Made by a program: the position numbers and the translations under genes. A DNA stretch of 64,000 nucleotides from an uncultured Chlorobiaceae bacterium (lineage in GTDB: Bacteria; Bacteroidota; Chlorobiia; Chlorobiales; Chlorobiaceae): the NCBI GenBank assembly GCA_903866255.1, contig CAIPMW010000029.1, forward strand, positions 13,689 to 77,688. The letters run 5' to 3'. The notes below the pieces were generated by a model. The model had not been told where the DNA came from. It worked only from the letters and a program-made list of their open reading frames with translations, and ran no database searches. This document shows, piece by piece, positions 32,807 to 42,146 of this stretch (its first letter is position 1; each line of letters opens with the position of its first letter).

Positions 32807-33946
32807 ATGGAAGCTCAACAGTTAAAACAATTGGCGATAGAGCATGGTACACCGTTGTTTGTGGTAGATCATGAAGTTTTGAGCGCTAATTACTATGAAT
32901 TCAAGAAGCATCTTCCACGGGTTCAGGCCTATTTCGCTGTTAAAGCAAATTCGTCACGTGAAATAGTTAAAACCTTCTATGATGCTGGAGCCAGCTTTGA
33001 TGTCGCATCAATGCCTGAGTTTCTTACTGTCTATGAAAATATTAAAAGCCTGACACCTGTTGAGCAACAGGATTTTATCTGGGATAAGATCATTTATGCG
33101 AATCCGATAAAACCAATACCTACGCTAAAGGAGCTGGACCAATATAAACCACTGGTCACGTTTGATAATGAAGATGAAATAGCGAAAATCGCTACCTACG
33201 CACCGAATACGGGTCTTGTTTTACGCATAAAAGTCCCTAATACTGGAGCTATGGTAGAACTTTCTTCCAAATTCGGTGCAGATCCTGGAGAAGCTGTTGA
33301 TCTGATTGACAAAGCGTTCAAGAGCGGATTGGTGGTTGAAGGTTTAAGCTTCCATGTCGGCAGTCAATGCACAAATTTTCAAAATTATATCCAAGCCCTT
33401 AATCTGGCGGCTAATATATTCAAGGAATCGTGGGATAGAGGATATAAAGAGGTAAAAATTCTTGATATTGGCGGCGGTTTTCCTGCCCCCTATGACAATA
33501 ATGTAAAACCTTTTGCCGAGCTTGCCATTATGCTCAATTCCGAATTTGACCGGCTTTTTCCGCCCGACATTGAAATCATAGCCGAGCCGGGAAGATTTTT
33601 AGTGGCAACTGCCGCATGGGTTGTTATGGAGATTATTGGCACAGCGTATCGTGACGGCAAAAGATGTTATTACGTCAATGACGGGGTATATCATACTTTT
33701 TCAGGGATTATCTTTGATCACTGCGAGTATCCTGTAAAATCCGTCAAAGAGGGCAACGAAAAGATGTGTGCGGTTTATGGCCCTACCTGTGATGCTCTCG
33801 ACACGATCACGATGGCCAATCTTTTGCCCGCAGACCTTGCGATAGGGGATTTACTCTACAGTGAAAATATTGGAGCCTACAGTCACGCGTCATCAACTTA
33901 CTTTAACGGGTTTCCACCCGCAAAGGTTTTGCACATCAATAGATAG
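32807..33946 (+). CDS. Fold-type III PLP ornithine/lysine decarboxylase
   Basis: YFAVKAN, FHVGSQ, LDIGGGF, EPGR, GPTCD, GAY. Confidence 0.92.
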   Translation: MEAQQLKQLAIEHGTPLFVVDHEVLSANYYEFKKHLPRVQAYFAVKANSSREIVKTFYDAGASFDVASMPEFLTVYENIKSLTPVEQQDFIWDKIIYANPIKPIPTLKELDQYKPLVTFDNEDEIAKIATYAPNTGLVLRIKVPNTGAMVELSSKFGADPGEAVDLIDKAFKSGLVVEGLSFHVGSQCTNFQNYIQALNLAANIFKESWDRGYKEVKILDIGGGFPAPYDNNVKPFAELAIMLNSEFDRLFPPDIEIIAEPGRFLVATAAWVVMEIIGTAYRDGKRCYYVNDGVYHTFSGIIFDHCEYPVKSVKEGNEKMCAVYGPTCDALDTITMANLLPADLAIGDLLYSENIGAYSHASSTYFNGFPPAKVLHINR

Positions 33947-34002
33947 TTGATGATTTTTACCTTCCATTTAGCTTTTTTTGCAAATATTTAACGGCATTAT
34001 CG

Positions 34003-34016
34003 AACATAAGTATGGT
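34003..34016 (+). repeat. Direct repeat copy 1 (AACATAAGTATGGT)
   Basis: Identical 14-mer at 36731-36744. Confidence 0.7.
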
Positions 34017-34018
34017 AA

Positions 34019-34056
34019 AAAGAAAGGCCACTCTATCGTAAGAGTGGCCTTTCTTC
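34019..34056. terminator. Bidirectional terminator-like hairpin between convergent decarboxylase and DUF2934 genes
   Basis: AGAAAGGCCACTCT / AGAGTGGCCTTTCT perfect 14-bp stem, A-run before. Confidence 0.8.
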
Positions 34057-34079
34057 AGAATGATCGGTAGTGTCAGGTA

Positions 34080-34244
34080 TCAGCCGTTTACAAATTCTTC
34101 TGCTTCAAGCCAGTTCTCCAGAGCCTTTTCGTTGTGCCTTCCCTTTGATTCCCAAATGAAATACGCTGCAAGTCTGATATCTGCTTCCTGTTGTTCCGGT
34201 GATGTTGCAGCAGAAACTTCCTCATGTTTTGATTTTTTTGCAAT
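34080..34244 (-). CDS. Small DUF2934-like protein (54 aa, ATT where a start is expected)
   Basis: Hand translation (I)AKKSKHEEVSAATSPEQQEADIRLAAYFIWESKGRHNEKALENWLEAEEFVNG*; IR..AY.IWE..G....W..AE signature; not in ORF track. Confidence 0.65.
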   Translation of the reverse strand: MAKKSKHEEVSAATSPEQQEADIRLAAYFIWESKGRHNEKALENWLEAEEFVNG

Positions 34245-34415
34245 GGGTTTTCTCGGTAACTTGTTATCCTTGGAAGTTATATCAAAATTACACTACACAT
34301 AACATCATAATTTAATACAGATAATTTTATCGATTTCTCCCGGTAAAGGCAAGAGGAATTCAGTTAAATCTATGCAAATTCCTTGTGCCCAGGTTATTAC
34401 AAAAAACGTACAAGT

Positions 34416-36308
34416 CTACCTGTCAAAGCCGTCCGGGAAAAGCTGAGCCAAATGTAACTCCCGAAGCATGGAGGACTTTTTAGCATGGTGCGCCTGCATC
34501 CGTCGAAGAATATTGTCCAGTAACTGCAAAGCACTTAACACGTAAGGACCCTTGTTAAGCATGACACACTCAGCACGGCGTCCCATAGCAGCATCCGTGA
34601 TCTCGGCACGCGATGGCAACCCCTTTTGGGCAAGAGTTTCCAGTACCTGGGTAGCCCAAATCACGGGGACATGCGCAGCTTCGCAGAACCAGAGAATCTC
34701 TTCCTGAACTTCCGCCATTCGTTCAAATCCACATTCGACGGCTAAATCACCCCGGGCAATCATCACTCCGCAACATGGTGCACGCATGGCAGTCAGCAGT
34801 ATATCCGGCAGGTTCTCAAAGCCTTGCCGCGTTTCGATCTTCAGTACGATGGCAAGCTGGTGCCCCCCGAAGTTATCCAGGCACTGCTGGAGCGACTCTA
34901 CGTCTTGAGCACTATTGACGAAGGACAACTCGACAATGTCGGCATGCTGGGCAATGAAAGAGAGGTCTTCGATGTCCTTGGCGGTCATAGCCGGAAGGCG
35001 TAGGTTACTCTCAGGAAGGTTGATACCCTTGTCGGTACGCAATTTCAGGACTTTTAGATGATCTTGAGTGATACGAACGAGTACACGTGCATTTTCCACC
35101 TTCTCGATGATACCCCGGATCTTGCCATCATCAAACCATATAGACTCCCCCGCCTTGACGTCATCAAATACTTCCGCAATTGTACAACCGATTACAGCCG
35201 GGGTTAAAATTTTTCCGTCCTTGTCGTAGATTGCCGGGCAACCAAGCTTGAGATCTCTGGTCACGATGAGCAAGTCGCCATCTTGAAGGTAGATGAAGTT
35301 TTCATTCGGCAGTAACGCACCAACACGCCCTTCTCTCTTATTAAACGATCCTGTGCGCTCTCTCGTCAGAATAATGCCGGGGACGATGTATGCCGTTTCG
35401 GTCGCCTCTGCCCAACACCCATACTCTGTCACCTCAACGACTTTAAGCACCCGCTTCGCATCACGTGCATCAGTGAACGTCACACACTCCCCAATGCCGA
35501 GGTTGTCCAGCCAAGTTGACGGTACAGGGAGGCAAGCACTCGCTGGAGCAGGTGGTAGCTGAGGGAAGTGCTCCGGGGTCAACCAGATGCTCGCAGGGGC
35601 AGTGACATGCCCGTAGACATCGCGAGTGGGAAAAATCCGAAGCACCATTGGGCCAGGTTCCAGTGGTCCGGTGCGAAGCTTCGGTCCAGCCAGATCCATA
35701 ACAACTCGGCAAGAGCGTCCCAGTGACAACTCGGCTCGTTTCAGATGCTCAATCATTCGCGCCCAGGAATCGGCATTGTCATGAGCGCAATTGATGCGCA
35801 TGCAATCCATGCCTTGCTGCAGCAGGTTGTGAACGATGAGGTAATCATCTGCCGCTTCGCTCGGCATGGTGACCATGATACGAACCTTGCCCGGGGTGGT
35901 CGAAGGTCCAAACAGGGCATCCGTGTGTTCGGCGAGCAATCGTTCACCGTGAAAGAAATCCATGACCGGGACCTCCTCAGAAGAGTGGTGCCAATCGCGC
36001 TGATCCATACAATGCAGGACACCAAGAACCGCATCGACTGTAGCCAGAACATGCGACTCAGCCCTGCCGAGTGAGGACAAACCCAGCTTCGCCAGCCGCG
36101 ACTGCAACGAGCGCAAATCGTGACGACGCAAGGCTATATAATGAAGAAGGTTACGGGCACTCTCCCTGTTGTTCGCATGAACCTCATCAAGACGTTTCTG
36201 CGACATAGCCAGTTCTGAGACAATATTCGTCCTGATGAGCGCGAGTTCAGTCAGGACACCATCAATATCTGCGTTTCCCGGACAAGCGTCGTTTGTTTCG
36301 TTTGACAT
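34416..36308 (-). CDS. pyk: Pyruvate kinase, atypical long form
   Basis: MRINCAHD, DLAGPKLRTG, DKGINLP, KIET, IARGDL, WATQVLE, RAEITDA, VMLNKG. Confidence 0.88.
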   Translation of the reverse strand: MSNETNDACPGNADIDGVLTELALIRTNIVSELAMSQKRLDEVHANNRESARNLLHYIALRRHDLRSLQSRLAKLGLSSLGRAESHVLATVDAVLGVLHCMDQRDWHHSSEEVPVMDFFHGERLLAEHTDALFGPSTTPGKVRIMVTMPSEAADDYLIVHNLLQQGMDCMRINCAHDNADSWARMIEHLKRAELSLGRSCRVVMDLAGPKLRTGPLEPGPMVLRIFPTRDVYGHVTAPASIWLTPEHFPQLPPAPASACLPVPSTWLDNLGIGECVTFTDARDAKRVLKVVEVTEYGCWAEATETAYIVPGIILTRERTGSFNKREGRVGALLPNENFIYLQDGDLLIVTRDLKLGCPAIYDKDGKILTPAVIGCTIAEVFDDVKAGESIWFDDGKIRGIIEKVENARVLVRITQDHLKVLKLRTDKGINLPESNLRLPAMTAKDIEDLSFIAQHADIVELSFVNSAQDVESLQQCLDNFGGHQLAIVLKIETRQGFENLPDILLTAMRAPCCGVMIARGDLAVECGFERMAEVQEEILWFCEAAHVPVIWATQVLETLAQKGLPSRAEITDAAMGRRAECVMLNKGPYVLSALQLLDNILRRMQAHHAKKSSMLRELHLAQLFPDGFDR

Positions 36309-36730
36309 TATTGCTTCTCGTTAATTGGTTTGTCAGCAATGAAGATCACATGAATATTACTGAGTACAATATCTGTAATATAGAATAGGAGATATTAGCG
36401 ATTTCACAAGCTGCCGAGAAGAGAGACTCTGTTAAATATAGGTGAAATCTGATAGCGCTTATCTGAGTGAATAGCTCATAATGATTATGTTTTTAGAGTT
36501 ACAAGTAGTTATTAACGTGCTTTATAAAAATAAGTAAGCAATATATACCCATTCAAAAATAGTGACTGGTGAACTTGTCAAACACAAGGGTTCTCATGAT
36601 GATTTCTTAGAAACGAAGCCACAGTGAACCCTGGAAATGGTTCAAGGGGGGAGTGTCAGCAGAGTTTTTTGTTTTTTTCTTGCATTTAACCTTGCATCTC
36701 TGCTAAATTAGCGTCACTTTGTATTTTTTA

Positions 36731-36744
36731 AACATAAGTATGGT
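36731..36744 (+). repeat. Direct repeat copy 2 (AACATAAGTATGGT)
   Basis: Identical 14-mer at 34003-34016. Confidence 0.7.
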
Positions 36745-36755
36745 GTTTGAACCCT

Positions 36756-37487
36756 ATGGCTACATTGTTAGGAAAATTTTTCGGTGATGCACCGAAAACC
36801 GCCGAAACCCCGCAAGCTTTTACCATCAAAATTGATCCAGTCAAGTTCTCCCTTTCCACGAAACCCCAGGGGACTGTTTTCGTACAGCTTGAATCACTCA
36901 AGCAGAAGCTCACCAAACTATCGTCCAATGTCGAAAATAACCTGATGCTCAGCATTCGAGCCTCAACCAAGGGAAATGTTGAACTTGCATCATCGGCCTT
37001 CAAATTTGATGAGGCCTATATCCGAAAAGGAAAATTTGAGGTTGAATATCTTACGGTAGCATACTCCTCTTTTCAGAATCTTGGCACAGAGGATCTCAAG
37101 GCAATCAAATATGCGAGGATGATTCTCAAGGATCTTGAACGGCTGGCCCAGTTGGCGCTCAATATTGCTGACAAGGCCGAGTATGTGCGGTTTGCAAATG
37201 TTGAGGATCTGCACAAGGACGAGTACGGTTTGAAGCCTATGGGCGATATAACGGCAGAAATGATCAAGAAATCGGTTGAAGCCTATGTGAGCAGCAATTC
37301 TAAACATGCCAGTGAAACCCTTGTAATGATGACTGAAATCCAGTCTCTTTACGATGCTGCTGTTGCAAAGATAGAGTCATCAGTGAACGATCAGAATATT
37401 ACCAACCTTACCGGCATTCTTTCCATTGTTGAACATATAAAGGCTTCAGCGGATATTTCCTGTTCTATTGCCAGTAATTTCTGCTGA
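36756..37487 (+). CDS. Divergent PhoU-like protein
   Basis: EDLKAI...LKDLERLAQLALNIA matches first PhoU repeat; MIKKSVEAYV; second repeat degenerate. Confidence 0.65.
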   Translation: MATLLGKFFGDAPKTAETPQAFTIKIDPVKFSLSTKPQGTVFVQLESLKQKLTKLSSNVENNLMLSIRASTKGNVELASSAFKFDEAYIRKGKFEVEYLTVAYSSFQNLGTEDLKAIKYARMILKDLERLAQLALNIADKAEYVRFANVEDLHKDEYGLKPMGDITAEMIKKSVEAYVSSNSKHASETLVMMTEIQSLYDAAVAKIESSVNDQNITNLTGILSIVEHIKASADISCSIASNFC

Positions 37488-37511
37488 AGAGAATAAAGAC
37501 TTACCCGAAGA

Positions 37512-38606
37512 ATGGTCAGATGGATTATTAAGAAGAGATTTCTCTTGCTTGCGATTTTGATGTTGCTTGTTTCAGGGTTGGTTGTGCTTTCACAGCGTCA
37601 TGAACAGCCTCAAGCTCCCAAAGTTCTTGAAGCGAAGTCTGTTGATCGCATACCAGTCTCTGTTGCTCAAGTCTTCAGAACTGCGGTTCGCGACAGTTTC
37701 AGTACGGTTGGTACCATTGAGGCTTTCAGGGAGGCTGACATATTTTCGGAATCTGCAGGTGTTGTTCGAAGGGTTTCTGCTGAGCCGGGAGATCACAAAA
37801 GAGCTGGAGAGGGGTTGTTTGTCCTTGATGATGAGCTTTCCACCATCAGACAGCGCAAGGCTGAAGCATTGTATCGCTTGAAGAAAAAAGATTTTGAACG
37901 ATACAAAAACCTTTTCAGTGAAGGCGCTATTCCACTTTCAGCCTATGAAACAATGCAGTTGCAAACTGAAGATGCAGAAGCCGAACTGGTTGCTGCCACT
38001 CGCAAAAACAGTGATGCAAAGATAAAAGCTCCCTATGCAGGTGTTGTAACAGCACGTTTTGTTGAGCAGGGAGAGCTGGTACGTGAGGGAATGAAGGTCG
38101 CCCACATTGTTGATTTTGCAAAAGTCAAAATCATTCTTTATGTGCCTGAGAGAGAGATTCTGAAGTTTGTGGAGGGTGCACTGCTCAAGGTCTCCAGCGA
38201 CCTTTTGCCCGGTGACATATTCACAGCCAAAGTCAGCTCGGTAAGCGACAAATCAGGTCGTGATCATACGTTCAGGGTTGAGCTGGTGTTGCAGAACAGC
38301 GGTAACGCAAAGTTCAGGTCAGGGATGTTTGTTCGGGTACTTTCGTCAGGAAAAGATGATCGGCCAGCTCTTGTGGTACCACGTGTTGCTCTTGTTTCAG
38401 GGATCAGAAAACCGGAACTTTTTATTGTTCGCAACGGAAAGGCTTTTCTGAAACCCTTTGTCGTTGGAAGGGAACTGCACAAAAACCTTGAGGTACTTGA
38501 AGGTCTTGCTCCTGGAGACAGTGTGGTTGTCAGTGGTCAGAACGAGCTTTATAATGGAGCAAATGTTCTTGTGATCGACCAGAAAAAGAGCACTGAGGCA
38601 CCATGA
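37512..38606 (+). CDS. RND efflux periplasmic adaptor (MFP)
   Basis: N-terminal TM, VKAP.AG.V, E.GELV, GMF, VPR.AL, GL..GD.VV..GQ. Confidence 0.92.
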   Translation: MVRWIIKKRFLLLAILMLLVSGLVVLSQRHEQPQAPKVLEAKSVDRIPVSVAQVFRTAVRDSFSTVGTIEAFREADIFSESAGVVRRVSAEPGDHKRAGEGLFVLDDELSTIRQRKAEALYRLKKKDFERYKNLFSEGAIPLSAYETMQLQTEDAEAELVAATRKNSDAKIKAPYAGVVTARFVEQGELVREGMKVAHIVDFAKVKIILYVPEREILKFVEGALLKVSSDLLPGDIFTAKVSSVSDKSGRDHTFRVELVLQNSGNAKFRSGMFVRVLSSGKDDRPALVVPRVALVSGIRKPELFIVRNGKAFLKPFVVGRELHKNLEVLEGLAPGDSVVVSGQNELYNGANVLVIDQKKSTEAP

Positions 38607-41600
38607 CGCTGACTGAGCTTGCCATAAAACGGCCAACACTCATTGTTGTGCTGTTTACGATCCTTGGTATTCTTGGACTCTTCAGTTATCAGCAGTTGCA
38701 TTATGAGCTGCTGCCAAAAATGACACCGCCTGTTGTTACCGTCTCCATCGTCTATCCTGGCGCTTCACCCGGTGAGGTTGAGACATCGTTGACCAAACCG
38801 GTTGAAGAGGCTGTTTCGGCTATTGAGAAAATAGTCTCAATCACCTCAACTTCTACCGAGGGGTTGTCGGTTGTCACCATCGAGTTTTCAAATTCTGCCA
38901 ATATTGAGAAGGCGTTGCAGGATGCCCAGCGCAAAATCAATGAGGTACGGGATCGTTTTCCAACTGAGGCAAAGGCTCCGGTTATTACCCGTTTTGCACT
39001 TGATGAGGTGCCAGTGCTTCGTATTGGTGCAACCTCTTCACTTCCTGATGCTGCTTTCTACCAAATGCTCAAGGATAATGTCAAACCCCAGCTCTCCAGT
39101 GTTGATGGTGTTGGCCAGGTTTACCTTCTTGGAGGGCGTGAACGTGAAATCAGGGTCAATATTGATCTGGCAAAGATTCAAAGCTATGGTCTCACTGTGC
39201 CGGATCTTCTGAAAGAGGTTGGAAAGGCTAATCTTGATTTTCCGACTGGCAAAATTGATGATCGTGACCGTCAGTTTGTGGTCAGGCTTGCAGGGAAGTT
39301 TACTTCTCTGGAGGAGTTAAAAAACCTTGTTCTGCGTTCAACAGTGTCGGGAACGGTAGCGCTTCGTGATGTTGCTGAAGTGGAAGATGGTTTCAAGGAG
39401 ATTACAACACTTACCAGACTTAACGGACGGAGTGCGGTGGGTATCATGGTGATGAAACAGAGTGATGCCAATACCGTCGATGTGAGCCGACTGACCCGAC
39501 TGGCCCTTGCAAAGCTTGAAAAACTTTACAGCAGCAATAATCTCCGTTTTGATATTGCCCAGGATGCATCGACATTTACCCTTGATGCAGTTACAGCCGT
39601 GCAGCATGACCTTCTTGTTGCTGTTGCTCTTGTGGCGCTTGTCATGTTGCTCTTTTTGCATAGTCTTCGCAACTCCCTTATCGTGCTGGTCTCCATTCCA
39701 ACGTCGCTGGTTACCACCTTTATTGGCATGTATCTCTTCGGCTTTTCCCTGAACCTTATGACATTGCTCTCTCTGTCGCTGGTGGTGGGTATTCTTGTAG
39801 ATGACTCCATTGTGGTGCTTGAAAATATCTATCGTCATCTCGAACGTGGAGAGGAGCCACGCCAGGCAGCTCTTGCAGGCAGAAATGAGATAGGTTTTAC
39901 AGCACTTTCCATTACCCTGGTTGATGTGGTTGTTTTTCTTCCGCTTTCACTGGTCAGTGGTATTGTTGGCAATATACTGCGAGAGTTTTCGGTTGTGATG
40001 GTTATTTCGACGCTTGTCAGTCTCTTTGTCTCTTTTACGTTGACACCGCTTCTCGCCTCACGTTTTTCAAAAGTGGAGCATTTTTCCGGTAAAAATATTG
40101 TGGAGAAATTTGCGCTCTCTTTTGAACGTAACTTTCTTCGATTGCGTCAGTGGTATATCGATCTTCTTCAGTGGAGTCTCGGTAACCCTAAAAAAGTTTT
40201 TTTCAGCGCTATGCTGCTGCTGGTACTCTCTTTTCTTTTGCCAATTTTGGGTTTTATCGGAGGGGAGTTTATCTCAGTCTCTGACCGTGGAGAGTTTGCT
40301 GTAAAACTTGAGCTTGAGCCTGGCACTCCGCTTGCAGAGACCAATCGACTGACAAGAGCTGTTGAACGCCGTCTTCGTGTAATGCCGGAGGTAAGAAAAG
40401 TAATGGTTAATGTTGGCTCTTCGAGTGAGGGCTTTTTCAACCAGAGTGCAGACAATATTTCTGAGCTGAGTGTCACGCTCTCCCCAAAAGAGGAGCGGGT
40501 CCGCTCAACTGATGCTGTTATGGGTTCTGTTCGGGCAACTCTTGGTGATATTGCAGGGCTCAAGGCCAGTATCAACCCTATCGGTATTTTTGGAACGGCC
40601 AATGAGACTCCGGTGATGGTTATTCTCAGCGGGCCGATGAGAAGCCAGGTTACCCGTGTTGCCGAACTCTTGAGAGACAGTCTCAAAACCGTTTCGGGAA
40701 CTGCTGATATCAAGCTCACTTCACAAGTGGGGAATCCTGAGATGCGCATTGTGGTCGATCGTGAAAAAATGGCCACATTCGGGATCTCAATAGCCGATGT
40801 TGGTGCAGCCCTGCGTACCGCCTATGCTGGCGATGAAGCAGGGAAATACCGTGATGGTGCAGATGAGTACGATATCAGGGTGATGCTCGACAAATACTAT
40901 CGTCAGGATACTTCAACACTCTCAGAGATAACCTTTCGTACTCCGCAGGGAGATCTTGTACGGCTTGGGCAGTTTGTCGCTTTTGAACAGGATCGGGGCT
41001 ATTCTCAGTTGCAGCGCAAAAACCGCAATAACGCCGTCTGGGTAAAGGCACAGGTTGTCGGCCGTCCTGTTGGTTCTATTGGCAAAGAGATTGATCGCAT
41101 TTTGCTCAATATGAAGAGGAGTGGTCTGATGCCCTCTACGGTTTCTTCTGCCTACGAATCGGATCTCAAGCGGCAGGGAGAGTCTAATTCAACTCTTTTG
41201 CTCTCTTTTCTTGTTGCCATTATCTTTGTTTACCTTATTATGGTCGCCCTCTACGACTCTTATGTCTGGCCAATGGTGGTGATGTTCTCTATTCCTCTTG
41301 CCCTTATCGGGGCATTGGCAGCCCTTGCGGTAACCGGGAAGTCACTCAGTATTTTTACGATTCTTGGTATTATCATGCTCATTGGTCTTGTTGGAAAAAA
41401 TGCGATTCTGCTTGTTGATTTTATTAACAAGTTTCGCCAGGAGGGAATGGAGCTTTCCGAAGCAATCCTTGAATCGGCCAAAGAGCGTCTGCGCCCCATC
41501 CTTATGACCACCTTGACACTGATCTTCGGGCTTCTTCCCATTGCGTTGTCGCAAAGTTCAGGTTCAGAGTGGAAATCGGGCCTCTCTGTTGCCCTTGTGG

Positions 41601-41725
41601 GAGGTCTTTTCAGTTCGATGTTTCTGACACTTCTGGTTATTCCGGTGGTTTATGTCTGGTTCGATAACCTTCTGCGTAAAGTTGCTGCTCTTAAAAAGAG
41701 GTTGATCACGCAGGTTTTTTTGTAA
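38603..41725 (+). CDS. RND efflux permease (AcrB/HAE family)
   Basis: 1040 aa; GILVDDSIVVLENI, GKNAILLVDF, RLRPILMTT proton-relay motifs. Confidence 0.95.
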   Translation: MTLTELAIKRPTLIVVLFTILGILGLFSYQQLHYELLPKMTPPVVTVSIVYPGASPGEVETSLTKPVEEAVSAIEKIVSITSTSTEGLSVVTIEFSNSANIEKALQDAQRKINEVRDRFPTEAKAPVITRFALDEVPVLRIGATSSLPDAAFYQMLKDNVKPQLSSVDGVGQVYLLGGREREIRVNIDLAKIQSYGLTVPDLLKEVGKANLDFPTGKIDDRDRQFVVRLAGKFTSLEELKNLVLRSTVSGTVALRDVAEVEDGFKEITTLTRLNGRSAVGIMVMKQSDANTVDVSRLTRLALAKLEKLYSSNNLRFDIAQDASTFTLDAVTAVQHDLLVAVALVALVMLLFLHSLRNSLIVLVSIPTSLVTTFIGMYLFGFSLNLMTLLSLSLVVGILVDDSIVVLENIYRHLERGEEPRQAALAGRNEIGFTALSITLVDVVVFLPLSLVSGIVGNILREFSVVMVISTLVSLFVSFTLTPLLASRFSKVEHFSGKNIVEKFALSFERNFLRLRQWYIDLLQWSLGNPKKVFFSAMLLLVLSFLLPILGFIGGEFISVSDRGEFAVKLELEPGTPLAETNRLTRAVERRLRVMPEVRKVMVNVGSSSEGFFNQSADNISELSVTLSPKEERVRSTDAVMGSVRATLGDIAGLKASINPIGIFGTANETPVMVILSGPMRSQVTRVAELLRDSLKTVSGTADIKLTSQVGNPEMRIVVDREKMATFGISIADVGAALRTAYAGDEAGKYRDGADEYDIRVMLDKYYRQDTSTLSEITFRTPQGDLVRLGQFVAFEQDRGYSQLQRKNRNNAVWVKAQVVGRPVGSIGKEIDRILLNMKRSGLMPSTVSSAYESDLKRQGESNSTLLLSFLVAIIFVYLIMVALYDSYVWPMVVMFSIPLALIGALAALAVTGKSLSIFTILGIIMLIGLVGKNAILLVDFINKFRQEGMELSEAILESAKERLRPILMTTLTLIFGLLPIALSQSSGSEWKSGLSVALVGGLFSSMFLTLLVIPVVYVWFDNLLRKVAALKKRLITQVFL

Positions 41726-41747
41726 ATTTCATAAATGGTGACCGGCC

Positions 41748-42146
41748 ATGCGCATTTTTTCATATCAGACTCCCGTGCTTTTGCTATGCCGCGCATCAAT
41801 CTCCTTTTCATGGGTTTATCAGGGCGTTGTGCCTAAAATAGTTTGCCGGAGCAGGGGAGAAATTGACCTGCTTGGTCATATTTTACCAGATTATCAGTGG
41901 GCATGCCAGGCAGTTTTCTGGATGGGAGTGGCAGAGATACTTTTTGGACTTTTCCTGCTGGTGACCCGATGGCATTGGGTTTTCTGGCTCAATATTGCAG
42001 CTTTAATCGGTCTCCTGTTATTTGTTGCCCTGTTTGAGCCCGCAATGTTTACATTACCATTCAATCCTTTGACACTGAATGTTGCGCTGATCGCGCTCTC
42101 AGTAATAGCCGCAGGGGAGTTACAAATACCACAAACCCGGATCTGA
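41748..42146 (+). CDS. DoxX-like small membrane protein
   Basis: WVYQG.VPK, GVAEILFG, PFNPLTLN; hydrophobic. Confidence 0.7.
   Translation: MRIFSYQTPVLLLCRASISFSWVYQGVVPKIVCRSRGEIDLLGHILPDYQWACQAVFWMGVAEILFGLFLLVTRWHWVFWLNIAALIGLLLFVALFEPAMFTLPFNPLTLNVALIALSVIAAGELQIPQTRI

Noticed and set aside
34060-34302. 80-aa plus-strand ORF
   Set aside because: Antisense to the DUF2934-like gene, which has the recognisable signature
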